Source: Lytechinus pictus
Taxonomy: Eukaryota
Length of the DNA stretch: 64,000 nt
NCBI RefSeq assembly: GCF_037042905.1
Contig: NC_087251.1
Coordinates: 8,248,001 to 8,312,000 of the forward strand
Direction: 5' to 3'
Position 1 is the first letter of the stretch, and each line of letters starts with the position of its first letter. The notes beneath the pieces were generated by a model, which was not told where the DNA came from, made no database searches, and saw only the letters and a list, made by a program, of their open reading frames with translations. The translations under genes and the position numbers were made by a program. Below, piece after piece: positions 1 through 14,300 of this stretch.

Positions 1-174
1 GTCATCTATGTCTCTGTAAATCTTTATCAGCCAGTTTGGTTGGTTGGTTGGTTGGCGATGTTTACATGCTCATATTTAAGGAATCACTGTACATGACCAT
101 TCTCTCTGTCATCTTCTATTGAGTTAATTCTTTATAGAACATAAAGCATTGTAATTTTATATATATCTACCCAG

Positions 175-3100
175 GGCTACATTATTCAAAAGAGAGAAAA
201 GAAACCCACAGCATCACAAGATGGTGAAGATTCAGAACTATTGACGTAAGTATTTGATTTATCAATGATACTGACATTATATCTGAAAGAAAATGATTTC
301 TTTGTGGTTTTCAAAGTATAATAGTTTAATATGTTGGTCATCGTTGTGCAACTTTTGAGTTGATGATGATCACTCATTTTCAGACAAATCTCAATCCCTA
401 AGAATTTTTATACAAATTTTCTGATATATCGCTATGTTAGGCATGTCCACTCGAGAACATGAAATTAACTGTGATATATGTATATCTAACAGCATGCAAG
501 CCACAGCAAGTCATTTGTACATTAACACTAAACTTGGATTTTGGCATCAGCTGATCTTTATTTTGATTTGATTCGCTTCATTTATTTATTCATGGTAAAA
601 GCCCTATTCAGGTGCTAGGCTGTTTTACAAAGGGGCCATGCAAACGAACAAAAAAAACTCTTACATATGACAATGAAAATATACATGATATACAGAGATA
701 AATGAAATAGAGTTACCAATAACACAATGAACAAACAAATTATATAGAAATAGAATAAATTTATGCACATGTATGTAAATTCAAGATATAAAATGGATAA
801 GGAAGTGAGAATAAAAGGGGAATAGTTGACCGAGCCATATAAACTACATGGTTATCGGTATGATTGAAAGTATTCAAAGTGATAAAAAAATGGAATTAAA
901 TTAAATATTTGAGAAATTGATTTGTTATGTAACTTCAAAGTAAACAGGGTATTTTTGTACAGACTCAAATAAAAGAAACATTTAGTTAGAAAGGTAGAAA
1001 AACAAATTGTGAGTAATTTAAGACATATTCTGGAAAAAATAGTGGACATTCCAGTCTAATGCATAGAAATCATTTTCATTAAAATTCTTGTAACTTCTGT
1101 AGGTTCTGTAAACGTGGACTGTTTTGATAGCGAATATTTGGTCTTTCCCCAGATGAAATAAACAAATGAATGGTCACTAGTACCAATATGCATAACATTA
1201 CTTACAGCAATGTTGTATAATTTTTTGTAAAAATTAAGTTGATCATTGTTGATGTATCAGGAGTGATTCTTCTTTTCAATGATCTGTACTAAAGGAAAGT
1301 AGTCACACATTAATTTTTATTTATTAGTGTAACAATTATCATAGTCTCTTGCAAGGTAATAACAGTTGAAATCATGTAGAGAAAATTATACATGTATCTT
1401 TGTTTTCGTAATCTGCTTTCATTAAGATCACTTCAACAGTATCAAATAAAACAATATTAGAATTAGGCAGTCTGGACCAGGCAATACCTATTATTGGTGA
1501 TGATTTAGGTTGCATTACTTCAGTGTCAACGACATGACTTCATCCATTATCAAGTCTTACCTCAATTTATGGCTCAATCTTTTCTCATTTACTTAAATCA
1601 ATACTCCGCGAATATTATGATCTTTCTTGTAGACAACATAGTCCTCAATAGTATTCTGCCATCAAATATTTTTCCCACAAATGATGAGTTTCATTTAGTG
1701 CCAACACGTCGAATCCAGGCTCCTGCACAGTAACTTCCACTTCATCAAGATTCGGGAGAAGTGACCTTATGTTATGATGTGCTATTCTAAGACCACTTTT
1801 ATTCTTGATTTTCATATTGTTATTTAAAAATAGTATGCTGATTTATGCACATCTTCATCACCGTGTCTTACTGGTTGGTGAAGAATTAATCTTCATGATT
1901 ATTATTTTCTGATAATAGGTCATCTTTAATAATAGGATCATCTTGTGAGCCAATTGAGGTTCTCACAAATTTTTTTTTTAGAACTACAAATAATTTCATC
2001 ACGATTATTAAAGGGGAATCCAGCCTTGGCTATAAAATGTTGTGTTGGGAAGGAGAAAAATAATTTAAACAGAATGGTGAAAGTTTGAAAGAAATCAGAC
2101 AAGCAATAAGAAAGTTATAGCTGCTATAAATTGAGATCACTAATAGTATGTAGATTTCAAATTGGCAACTGGGTAAGTAAATTATGACAAGGGGCAAGGA
2201 CAACTTTCCATAGGCCATGTACTTTATTATCAGGGATTTGTGGTTTTCTCCTAAGTACCCATTCCCCTCGGGTAGTAATCTAAATATAATCTGGGTGGGT
2301 GTTTCATAAAGCTGTTGTAAGTTAAGAGCGACTTTAAGAACGACTGGTGATCCTTTCTTGTGGTAAATGGTATATTCATTGGCGACGGTTTAGCGCGTAA
2401 GAAGGGATCACCAGTCGTTCTTAAAGTCGCTCTTAACTTACGAACAGCTTTATGAAACGGCCCCCAGGTAGTTAATGTCCTCATGAAAGAAAAATATAAC
2501 TTGAAATAAAACCTTTGGAAAAAATGACATTTTAGCCATAATAATGTATTGGAGTACATGGAAGAGTAGTCCTTGCCTTACATCACTATGACATCCCGTA
2601 TGCGGCCAATTTGAAGTCTCCATGGGTATAGTGATTACCAATATTTACAACTTTTAAAAATTCATAACTTTCTTGTTGATTGTCCAATATTGTTCAAACT
2701 TTCACCTATCAACTTGTCTGATTTTCTTTTTCTTATAAAAAGAAGTTTTTATTTGGGTTGGATTCCCCTTTAACATTTAATTGTGACGATTGTTGAGGAT
2801 CATTGTCTGGAATTTAGTAGATTTCATCGCTGCCATCGGCATTTTCACAAACATGATTATTACTTGAAAAAGAGTCTGTTACATTAGTATTATGCCATTT
2901 CTTAACGTTTCTGACAATACAGTCACTTTTGCAATGAGTTGTCTCCAGGAATTTTTCGATACATATTCCATTCACCGAAGTAGGCCTTTACAAATATTGT
3001 ACATTATCTTTGGTTTCGTTTGCAAAAAGTAAGGCTCTCTCTTCATGGCCAAGAAGAAAGGACAGGCCTTGATCTTTTGTCCATGTTGACCACAATTGTG

Positions 3101-5346
3101 ACACTGGAGTTCAGTTCCAGGTCCATATGATCCTGATCTGTGGTTAAGCTCTCCTCAGAAAGAGCATTCTGGTAGAATACCTCTATTGATAATATACACA
3201 TGAAACCATACTTTAAAGCTAACCTCAAACCTAGTATTAAAACTCACATTTGTATGGACCAAAAACCCTATCAGAACCCTGACCCTCAACCCATGTGTTT
3301 TGATAGATTTAGACAAGAGTAGTAGTCCCAGGAGCAAATTCAAGTTGAAATATGATTTTTTTATTATTTCAGGTACACTGAGTTTCATCCATTCCTGTTT
3401 AAACAACATGAATCACAACCATACCTAGAATTTGATACATTTGATCAGGTAAGACAATGAGTTATGGATAGTCATATTAAAGAAAGAAAAGAAAATATAT
3501 AGGCCCGGGACTTTCGGGTATTTTTGTCTTTGGGTACCCGCGGTAATTTTCGGGCGGGTGCCCGAAAATCATGTTGCATGAAAAAGACTGGTGGAACAAC
3601 CCCCATAACACAGTGGCATAGGTAACGTCATCCAGCCACTGCCACAAGCCAATTTATGAATGAAAATACAGCGTCGTATTGCATCGTGTTTGTGAATCTA
3701 TCGCTACGTGCACAAAGTCAATTGATTTCAGGGTTTCGGAGCATCGAATGCGCCAGCCAATCATGACCGCGTTACCATTTTTGGTTAATGATGAACTGAA
3801 AAACGGTAACACAAACGTGATTGGCTGGCGCTTCATATGCTCAAGCTGCAAAAGAAACATGGCGACGATTGAACGATCTCAGTCACAACTTGAGAAACTT
3901 GTTGATTTATAGATATTTCAAGGGTAATTGGTGAGATTCAAAATGAGACTTGTTCTTTTGTGATGAATTACAATCATGTCTTACACTATGCAATACAAAT
4001 CATATACATGTACGTTATACTGGTAAGCAATTTTCGGGTATCGGATATTGATTTTACTACCCGGGTACCCGAGGCTTCCCGGTGGACCCGGGTACCCAGG
4101 TTTTAGTCCCAGCCCTAAAAATATATACTACTCTAATCTTTATATGGAATTCTGTCAATAACCCCAATCACTCTTTCTTAGAAGAAAAGCTCTGTGTATA
4201 TTTGTAACATTTATATCAAGATATTTTGTTTCCAGACCTATCATCCCCTTTCCTCTATTGATAAAGAAATGTAAGTGTTCTACATGCATTAAAATTAATA
4301 CAATTGAACAATATATATTTTTTTATTAAATTATTCTGACAATAGAGCTCCCACGCCCTTTGAAAGAGATCTTTGTATGTTTTGAGTGTGGTTTATGAAT
4401 CAGAGTTCCATTATCACCAGTCTGGATTTATATTTGTCCCAGTATAGTAGGAAATTGGAAAGGAAGTTATTAGTTAGGTTGGCAAATTTCCAATCCTCAT
4501 TGGCTGGCATGTATTTCAACAATAACAAAGAAACAAAACTAGTCCTGTGAAAAGGCATAAACAGCTCTAGCAGTATTAATAGTAGAGTAACTTTCCCCCA
4601 ATTTGATCAGGAATCATTGCACCATTTTGTGTAAATAACTGCTTTGTATGATCAAAAACAGTAATGTGCCCATTAAAATAGCTCTTGGCTATTCTCTCAT
4701 TATTGATATTGACCCTCACTGCTGTTGTGTTTGTAGCTCGTTGAGAGTAGAACTCATTTCACATCAATAAGCTTCTGAAAGTCCAAGATATAATTGTCTA
4801 TTGACAGAATTTTTATACTGTGGGAGACATAATTCAAAGGATAAATTGCATGATAACATGGTTATTTTGGCTACCATATATCCAGTTCATCTTATGTGTT
4901 TTTATCAAGAAAAAACAACAACTAGTGTTCATTTAAAAAAAGGAGCAGCATTTTATTACTGAGCAAGTTTAACTGATATTGATCTGATAACCTTCGTTCC
5001 AGGCTGTGGATATGTTCTTTTCAATGATGGAAAGTCAGAAGTTAGATATGAAGGTTCTCCAGCAGGTAAATATAGCATTCACACTTTCTCAAACATAGTT
5101 TGACAAGGTAAATTCACATACTTATTATTTTTTTTTTATGATAAAGACATTTTTTCATTGTCTATCAAAATTTTACAAGGGGTTGTGTATTTTTACTCTC
5201 TCTATTGATGACAATGTTTGTGAGGATGATGATGATGATGATGATAATGATAGTGATGATGATAATGATAATGGTGATGATGATAGTGATGATGATGGTG
5301 GTGGTGGTAATGATGATGATGATGATGACAATGATGATGATGATGG

Positions 5347-5392
<46 letters not shown>

Positions 5393-8300
5393 AAATTTCT
5401 CAACCATTTTTCCCTATTTTTTGAAGGAAAGAGAAGCATTAAAAAAGCTGGACAATGTGAAGAAAGATCATGAAAAGAGAATCAATTCACTTCAAAAGAA
5501 TCAGGTAAACATTTGCAGTATACTTATATGACATTCTAAATCACATGAAGAATTGCAAGCATTATATGTTATCTGTTTTATCTATTTAGGAAATTTATAA
5601 GCTTGTTTACCTCTTACTGTTACCGCTTACTGTTTTCTACATTCTGTAGATGAAAAAAAATCAAAAATCAAGTTTGGGAATGAGCATAAGAAGGGAGGGT
5701 GAATCTTATTGATACAAATAAACTATAAATAAAGTAAAAATAAATTATAAAAGTGTTCATACAAATTCTTGATTAGGTATATTGTAGATAAGATGTGATG
5801 TGAAATAATTTTGTGATATGGTGGCTTGTTTGTGGAAACATAAAACCACCGGGTTGTTTTTCCACCCTGAAATATTGTATTTCTTTTTCTTTACATGGGC
5901 CTTCGTGAAAAATAATTCAGATAAATTAACAGCGGGAACTAATGATGTAAATAACTAAGTTTTAATCCTTGTGAATTGGAAAGAATTATTTGTCATGTCT
6001 TTAACAGGAACTAAATGAAAAGAAAGGAGCACTGATTGAAATCAATCTCCCTCTGGTAAGTATCATGGTGGATATTAATTTCCTTGATAATATGTATGGT
6101 TTGTAGTCACATGTTGGTATACTGCTACCTTAGAGACAGAATTTGATGCAGACCTTTCATACATAATCCTTTCTATATGATATTGTTCATTTACAAACTT
6201 TGAATGTGTAGTATGATTCAATGAAACGCTCGCTTATTGTAATAAATTGAAATCTTCTCCACTTCATACAATTAAAAAAAATATAGAGAGTGTGTGACAT
6301 TACCATTTGTTTCATTTGGATATCATCTTGATTTTGTGTTTTGTTGAAGATAAATAAAAACTTTAATAAAAGTTATAACTTTCTTATTTTACATCCAATT
6401 TTGATGAAAGATTCAGAATTATACTTGTTTGATTTTTCTCTATTTCTTAAAACCAAGTTATCATTTAGATTGACTTGGCCTTTGATCAGGAATTGTTTAC
6501 TGAATGCTCCATAATTCCATTTCTGAGACACTATTTTACATTTAGTCTTTTTAAAAATTTAACAACGTTTTAATGTTCAAATATGAGTATTTATTGATGA
6601 ATAACACAAATGGTATATTTCTAATCCCTTTATTTGACAGTATTGATTAATCGCTTCTTGTAAGAACGTAAGGGTTAGGTCTCTGTTGTAGAGGAGCAGA
6701 TTGTTTGTTCATCCTTTGTATTCACAGGTTGAGCAGGCCCTTCGAGTAGTCCGTAGTGCAGTAGCTAACCAGATAGATTGGAAGGAGATTGAAAGTATCA
6801 TCAAGGAAGCTCAAACACAAGGTGATCCTGTAGCATCAGCTATCAAAGGCTTAAAACTCGACACGAATCATTTCCAAATGCTTCTCAGGTTAGTAAGTCA
6901 GGGCTGTCGGGGATTTCAAGTTTGATAATGACATTTTGATGTTGAGCTACACACAAAATTAGATATAAGACTGGTCTTTAGACAAATCTCACTTGGTTTT
7001 GAGCTATCAACAATTTAATCTGGACCATGTATGTAAACTCAAAGTTGATTAAGCTATGGAAGAAAATCTAACTTGTCCTTCCAACATTGACACCAACACT
7101 GAACACCTAATTACTCTATATTTCAGGATGCAAATTGATCCAAGTCTGTAGGCCATGCCTTTGGGTGCACTCTTTGAATTTGTCTTAATGTCTGAAAATG
7201 TGTCTATCAATCGGATCTTGTGCAGCTGAGATCCAATTCCCAGTGAAAATTGAATTAACTCTATAAAGCCACTACGTGTTTTGGATTTGAAATCCTCACA
7301 TGTTGTGAGGTATTCACTCCTGTGAATTTTTTAATGATTAGATCTATTAAATTGAATGAATAAACTCATTAGATGTGTATGAATAGCAAAATAGAGAATG
7401 CAATCATGTTCATTTTGTTTGTTGCAATTCCTAACAGGTACTTGGTGATCATCAATGCCATATAAATTCAATTTCACCCATGATGTAATATGAGATTAAT
7501 GTATATTTTGTGCATGCTATTAACAGGGATCCTTACATGCAGTATGATGATGAAGGAGAGGAGGAAGAAGATGATAGACCTCAACCTTTACTAGTAGACA
7601 TTGATATCGCCCTCTCAGCTTATGCTAATGCTAGAAAGTAAGTGGATCTGTTCTTTTTTCACGGAACCACTTTGAAAATGGGAAATTGAAAGTTCTCACT
7701 TAAGATGTTCTTTAATCAGCGTTGGCATTGATGAATGTTCAAAGATAGTAATATTTCTGTCCCGTATTGAGACTTGGACATGAAAGATATCACTTGAAAA
7801 CCCCTTAAATTTTGGCTCTTCAAGCTTTTACTAACCAGATGAAATACATGTATTTCATCTGTCTTTTTGAATAATATATTGTAATTTCTGTACAGGTACT
7901 TTGTTCAAAAGAAGACATCTCAAAAGAAAGAACAGAGGACAATGGAATCATCAACAAAGGTAATGATATTTACAAATATGGAAAATATACTAAACTTGAA
8001 TGACACTCCTTTCCCTTCCTTGCAACTCCTCTCTTCCTTTTGTTTGTCTTTCTCTATCCATATTTCTCCCTCTTTCTTTATCCATCTCTCTTCCTCTCTT
8101 TCTTTGAATTGTAAATACTACTGCTTTTTTCCCTTATGACATGTGTTCTTAATGTACAAGAAGTATATACCGGTAAATGATAATCTGGACCACAATACCA
8201 ATATGTGTTAAGGATAATATTTTACTTTTAAATTCTTCTAACTTTGTTTTTTTCTAACGTAAAATTTTGCAGCCTTACAACTTCATGTTTTTACCTTCTT

Positions 8301-11300
8301 TTCTTCTGACTTTCTGCTCCACCCCTTCCCTTCACTCCCCTCTCTTTCTCTCTATCCCTTTCCACCCCCCTCTCTCTCTATCTGCTTCTCCCCATCTCTC
8401 TCTTTCCTTTCTAGAATTCCACAACACATGTAGTTTCAATACCATACTTTATCCGTATTATTTATTTTGTAATTATCTGTGTTATTGTTTGAATATTTTA
8501 TGTGTCTTTATTACCTTGTGAATACATCGCAATTCGGCCTTAGCCGCGATGATGTCTTGATTTTTATTAATAAACCATTTATCTATCTATCTATTTTATT
8601 GATAGCTTTACTATAACATTTTTGTTTCTTTTCAAATTTCAAACCAAACTGCAATCTATACAAGATCATTATGAAATTTATTTGAAATTTAATATTTTGT
8701 TGGCATTTCAGACCAAACCTGCATATCAGAAATTTATGATTTTTATGTACAAATGAATAATGGATACCTTTGTGGAAACAAATGGATTTCCAGTGTACAA
8801 AGATTTATATGATTACCTTGATAATGTTCAGAATACCACTATTTTTATCTTCTTCTGTTGCAGGCTATTAAGTCTGCAGAGAAAAAGACTAAGCAAGCTT
8901 TGAAGGATGTTGCTACAGTAGCAAGTATCAACAAATCTAGGAAGACATATTGGTTAGATTTCTTTTTATTTTGATTTTTTGTGATGAAGTTTGTCTATAC
9001 CAAGTATTTTCTTTATGAAGCAAGTGTTTAAATATAGGGATATTAAATGACCAGATAATGTAATGAAAATTTCATGATACTTTGATTTGTGTTATGCCCC
9101 TATGCTTTTGTAATATCTATTTCAGTTTATCTATCTCAGACTATGAGCTGTTTTGTTTTTGTTTGTATTTCATTTCATTCATTTATAATTTCTATTTCTG
9201 TTGTTATGGAAACAGGTTTGAGAAATACTTCTGGTGCATCAGCTCAGAGAATTATATCATAATTGCCGGACGAGATCAACAACAAAATGAGATAGTTGTC
9301 AAGAAATATCTCTCTCCAGGTAAAATAATGGCTTCATATTAATTTGAAATTAAACTTTTAACTTCTATATTTGTTTTTGTATAGATGTTCATGTAATTCG
9401 TATGAATTTTTTAAACAGAGCAGATGAGTTGTAGGAGACTTGAAATATTGGTGAAATTTGAACAGAATGACACCACCTTCTTCTCTTCTTGTCTCTTCTT
9501 GTCTCTCTCTCTCTCTCTGGTTCATATCTTTGACTATATTTCTGTCTTTCTATCTACCATATATTATTACCATACGACTCTGTTTTTGTCTCTCTCCTTG
9601 AATACAGGAGACATCTATGTCCATGCTGACATTCATGGAGCTAGTAGTGTGATCATAAAAAATCCTAAAGGTGAGGTGATATACCAATTTCATTTCATAA
9701 CTCTGGGCAATAAATAGATATTTCATTGCTGCAAAATAGTTCATTTAATTAGATGTACTTGTTTTTATTAAAATAAGCAACATATCCATGATAGAGGTGT
9801 ATGAATTAATATAAAATACTGTTCATGCAATTTACTATGAATTATTTTAAGAAATGAATAAAGTACAGTGCTGTCTCAATATCAAGTGTCCAAAACAGAA
9901 AATTTTTACCAATCAAACAATATTTGAAAACCTTCAGAATATTCATAATTTTGTCCATATTTCATATTGCCAAAAATATTTATTTTTGTTTCAAAATGAT
10001 GCTAGGGGGTCCTGTTCCCCCTAAGACTCTTCAAGAAGCAGGTACAATGGCCGTGTGTTACAGCGTTGCTTGGGATGCTAAGGTTATTACTAGTGCATGG
10101 TGGGTACGTCATGATCAGGTTTCAAAGACCGCACCCACTGGAGAGTATCTTACTACTGGAAGCTTCATGATTAGAGGTAAGATCATTGCTTACCAGGGTC
10201 CTCTTTCGTGTTGTTGAAGACAAAGGACAGAATTTTTACCACACATTTGCTTTGAGCCAATCGAATGGCACAATTGTTATATCAGCATGTAACTTGCCAT
10301 TGGTGTCATATTTTTTATATTGGCTGATTTCCAGCAAAACTAGCATTATTTAGAAAATGAAATTAAGGGGGGGGGGGGACCATTTTAGAGAAAATGCCCT
10401 ACAATAGATTATTTCTTTTAATACATTGTTGTGAAGACATGAATATTTCAGTTTTCAGTTTGTGATTGTTATTTGTACAGAATGATCAGTTTATAAACAC
10501 TTGATATATGAGCATTTTTTTTTTCATTCTTAGCTATTACTTACATATTTTTGGTTCCATTTTCTGTTACAGGTAAAAAGAATTTCCTTCCACCAACTCA
10601 ACTTGTGATGGGATTTGGCTTCTTAATGAAGGTATCTTGTACAGATAGGGAGCTTGTAGATTCCAATCTCCTATGTATCATTATATTGTATTTAAAAATT
10701 ACTGTAGAAAAAATATGTATAAACTTGGAGGTTAAGATAATGGTATCTCCACTGTTTCAAATATTGTAAGACTTGTGTTACTTGAGCATCGAGATGCTTT
10801 GCTATTTTAGGATCTGTGTTATAGTCTGTAGTGTGAATAGTACAAGACCACACTGTTTTCACCCTCATACAATTATGGTAAATGGGCAAGAATTTTATTT
10901 CTCACAGTCACATAAAACATTGACCAGCCCTTTCCAGTAGAAAAAAAAATAGTTCTCAAGTAATTGTCTCTTTGAAATCTTCTCCCTGCAAGCATTTACA
11001 GTTAGTAAATAAAGAGTTTGATTTTAGAAAGCTCATTCCACTTTTGTGGTGATACATTTCTGTAATGTTCCTTGTTTTATTTCATCTCATCTAAATTCAG
11101 ATTGATGAGAGTTGTGCATGGAGGCATAAAGATGAGAGGAGAGTTAGAGGGACAGATGAAGAAGATCTATCTTCAGTTGCTGACACAGTAGAGGTAAGAT
11201 GTTAAATAGTGTATGTTTCATGACTTACACAGAAATATTGTTACAGATGCAGTATAAGTGTAAATTAGTGTTAGATAAATGTTGAATAAGCTTGTGCGTA

Positions 11301-14300
11301 AATGTTGTATGCTTTATTGTTGTAGAGCACACAATATATAGTGGTATGTGTTATTAGCAAGTATAATTATGATGAGTTAGATTTTTCATAAAACAAATGT
11401 TAATAGTATCAGCTCAGCAAGGTATGGGTGGTTCATCAACTAAAATTTGTTTAAAATTAATTTTTCAATATTGATGAAATACCTCTTATATTAAAGAGGT
11501 AACATAGATCTAATGATCAAATGTTACGCTGTGCTTTCCATAGATCTGTAATTGACCTAACCATTAATTTGATGGACCCTTTTTATTATTGCGATGATTT
11601 GGATATTGTATGCATAATATTTGTTTGTTTGGGCTTTTCTTCATTTTGTTTTATCCCAGACTGATATCATTGTTGAAGATATTGAGGAAGAAGATGATGA
11701 GGATGAAAGTAAAGAGGAAGAGGAGACAGAGCGTGATCTCCATGAAACAGACAGCATACATGAAGATACTGAAACAGGTTTGGTCTTGGGTTCCAATTCA
11801 TTAAAATGCCGTCACTAGCAAATTCTATGCAACAAGACAAATGTACTGTCAGATGTCACTAATTCTATGCAGTTAGTAATATGACAATGTGCTGTCAGTT
11901 AATCAAATGACATTATTTCAGAATCTCTAATGATTATTTTTTATAAAACTGTTAAGTTATGCACGATTGGAACATGATCTTAGGTCTTTATAACTCAATT
12001 ACATAGGGATATATCACTTGGCATGAGAAAGGGCATGAGTCGTGCATAGAGTCATTTGTATCTTACAAACAGCTTTATGAAACACCCACCAGATCCTGAA
12101 GCAACCCCAATATCTTTCCATGCTGGTTTATAATGTACATGTACAAGAGAAGATGATGAAATAATGTCCAATGATGTTTGTTAAACAGATATCGTCAGAT
12201 ATTATTCTTAGATTTACAAAGTTCTGTCAATATGTTTCATGTTGATGAAGAATTGATCGCTTTTTAAATAATGCACTTTACTGTATAAAAGCTTGCAGCA
12301 CCTTTTCAAACAAGCCATGATTAACTTTCTTTCTTTTTCCTCCTCTTTGTCTGTCTCTCTGCCTCTCTCTCTCTCTCCCACTCTATGTCAATGTGGATAC
12401 ATCAAATTTTCTTATTTCTTGTCTTTTGTCTCCCACTCTCTCATAGTAAACAATTAATTTTCCCAAGTTTTAAAATAAAAATATGTTGAATAAAATTTCT
12501 GCTGTGATTCATTGAAATAAATTTAGATTTAACTGAAATCAAAGTGGAAGAAGAAGAAGACAATACTGATGGTGAAGTTGCCAATGTGGATGAGGAGGAT
12601 GAGAAGGAGGATGATGATGAGGAACATTCATCAGAGGTGAAACAAGAAGCCGATGATGACAAGGAGAACTTCTACCCTGATACTACCATACAGCTCCATC
12701 ATGTACAAGGTGAAAGGTAAGATGGTATTATATTATTTATAAACAAAACAAAAATATTCTTGCTCAGAAGTATCGTGAGGCTGCAATAAACATACTTTCT
12801 GGTGGAGCTTCTTTCTTATTGGGCTTGAAATTTTAAGTAAAACTTCTCTTTAAAGTACCTATGCCTTCTAACTACCATGGTAGCTCTTCCCAATACCCAA
12901 TCAAAATTCAGTTTTAGTAGAAATTTTATCCATTTCAAAATTCTGTTTTTTTTTTTTAATTTAATACAGTGGAGATCAAGGCCCTGTAATGTAAAGGTTT
13001 ATGTTGGATTGCAATAAAATTAAAGAATGATTCTGATTGGTTCCTGGTCATTGTTCTCACTAAATGTGTTTGCAACAATGATCTTGATTGGACATTGCCA
13101 TGTTGTGATTGATAGACAGACATATATGTTACAAAGCCCAGGAAATATGTTGTAGGAATGAAGATTGTATTGTGTTATCCAGTTGCAATCAAGTGTTGTA
13201 CCTGGTCTCTGTAGATAGTAACTCTTTGGAAACATTAAGATTTATGGGTCACAAGAGAACTGAAGGGTATCTAAAAGTATATTTTGATGCAAAATAGAAA
13301 CAACTAACCAACAGTTCTCAAGATTTTCTGACACAAACTAAACTGCATGTATTCTGCATCAGCCAAACTGAAATATGTATTTAATCAGTATCCAGTGCAA
13401 CCTGCCTTTGACTAAATAGTTGATTTCAAACCAATCCCTAAAAATATATTTTCAAGTAATTACAATGAACAACTCATTTTGAATTAATGAAATGATATGA
13501 CCATTTTCAAATATGAAAGCCAACAAACAAGTAGATTTATTAGTATTTGACATCTAAGCATGAATAAAAATTAATTTCTATTTTATGAATGGTAACACAA
13601 TTTTCAGGTATGAGAGCCATCGTACCCGTGGATCTAGTATGATGAGTACTGGTAGTTACCAGTCTGGTGATGGTGATATTGATGAAGAAGGCAAGGCTAT
13701 CATCTATCTAGGAGATGATAAACCCATTGTTGTTGGAGGACCCAAGGCTCAGCCTCAGGTATGTATCAATTAAATAGAGTCTGTCTGTCTGTATGTCTCT
13801 GTGTATCCTCTGTCAATCTATCTCTCAATATTTTCATCTTTTAATTGAAAACATCTTTTGTTTGATAGTTGTTTATCTTTCCATTTTCTTTTTCCTATTT
13901 TCTTATTTATTAACTGTTTGTTTCCATCTTGATATTTGTGAGTATTAAGCATAAGTGATGATTTTATTAAAGATTTATTTGCTCACATTTTCAGCCATAC
14001 TGTACAATATTTGAGTCAGAATTAGTTGTAGGATATTTTATAATCTTCAACCTGGAGTGATACAATTCATGTTTTCTTTTAAATGTTTGATGATATTATT
14101 AAAAGAAATGTTCAGTAATACATACGTTTTAAACTTCATAACATTACCAATTTCTGTCATTTATAGGATAATCATAAGGAAAGTACAATATTTTATTGCA
14201 ATAATTGTAATTGTAATTTTCTTACAAATTATGTTTACAGCATAAACCAAATCCAAAATTGTCTGCCAAGCAAAAGAGGTGAGTACTATCTTGGCATGCC

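Noticed and set aside
5138..5531. Poly-D/M/I/S ORFs
   Set aside because: Translations of a (GAT)n microsatellite. Only 5427-5504 is exon.
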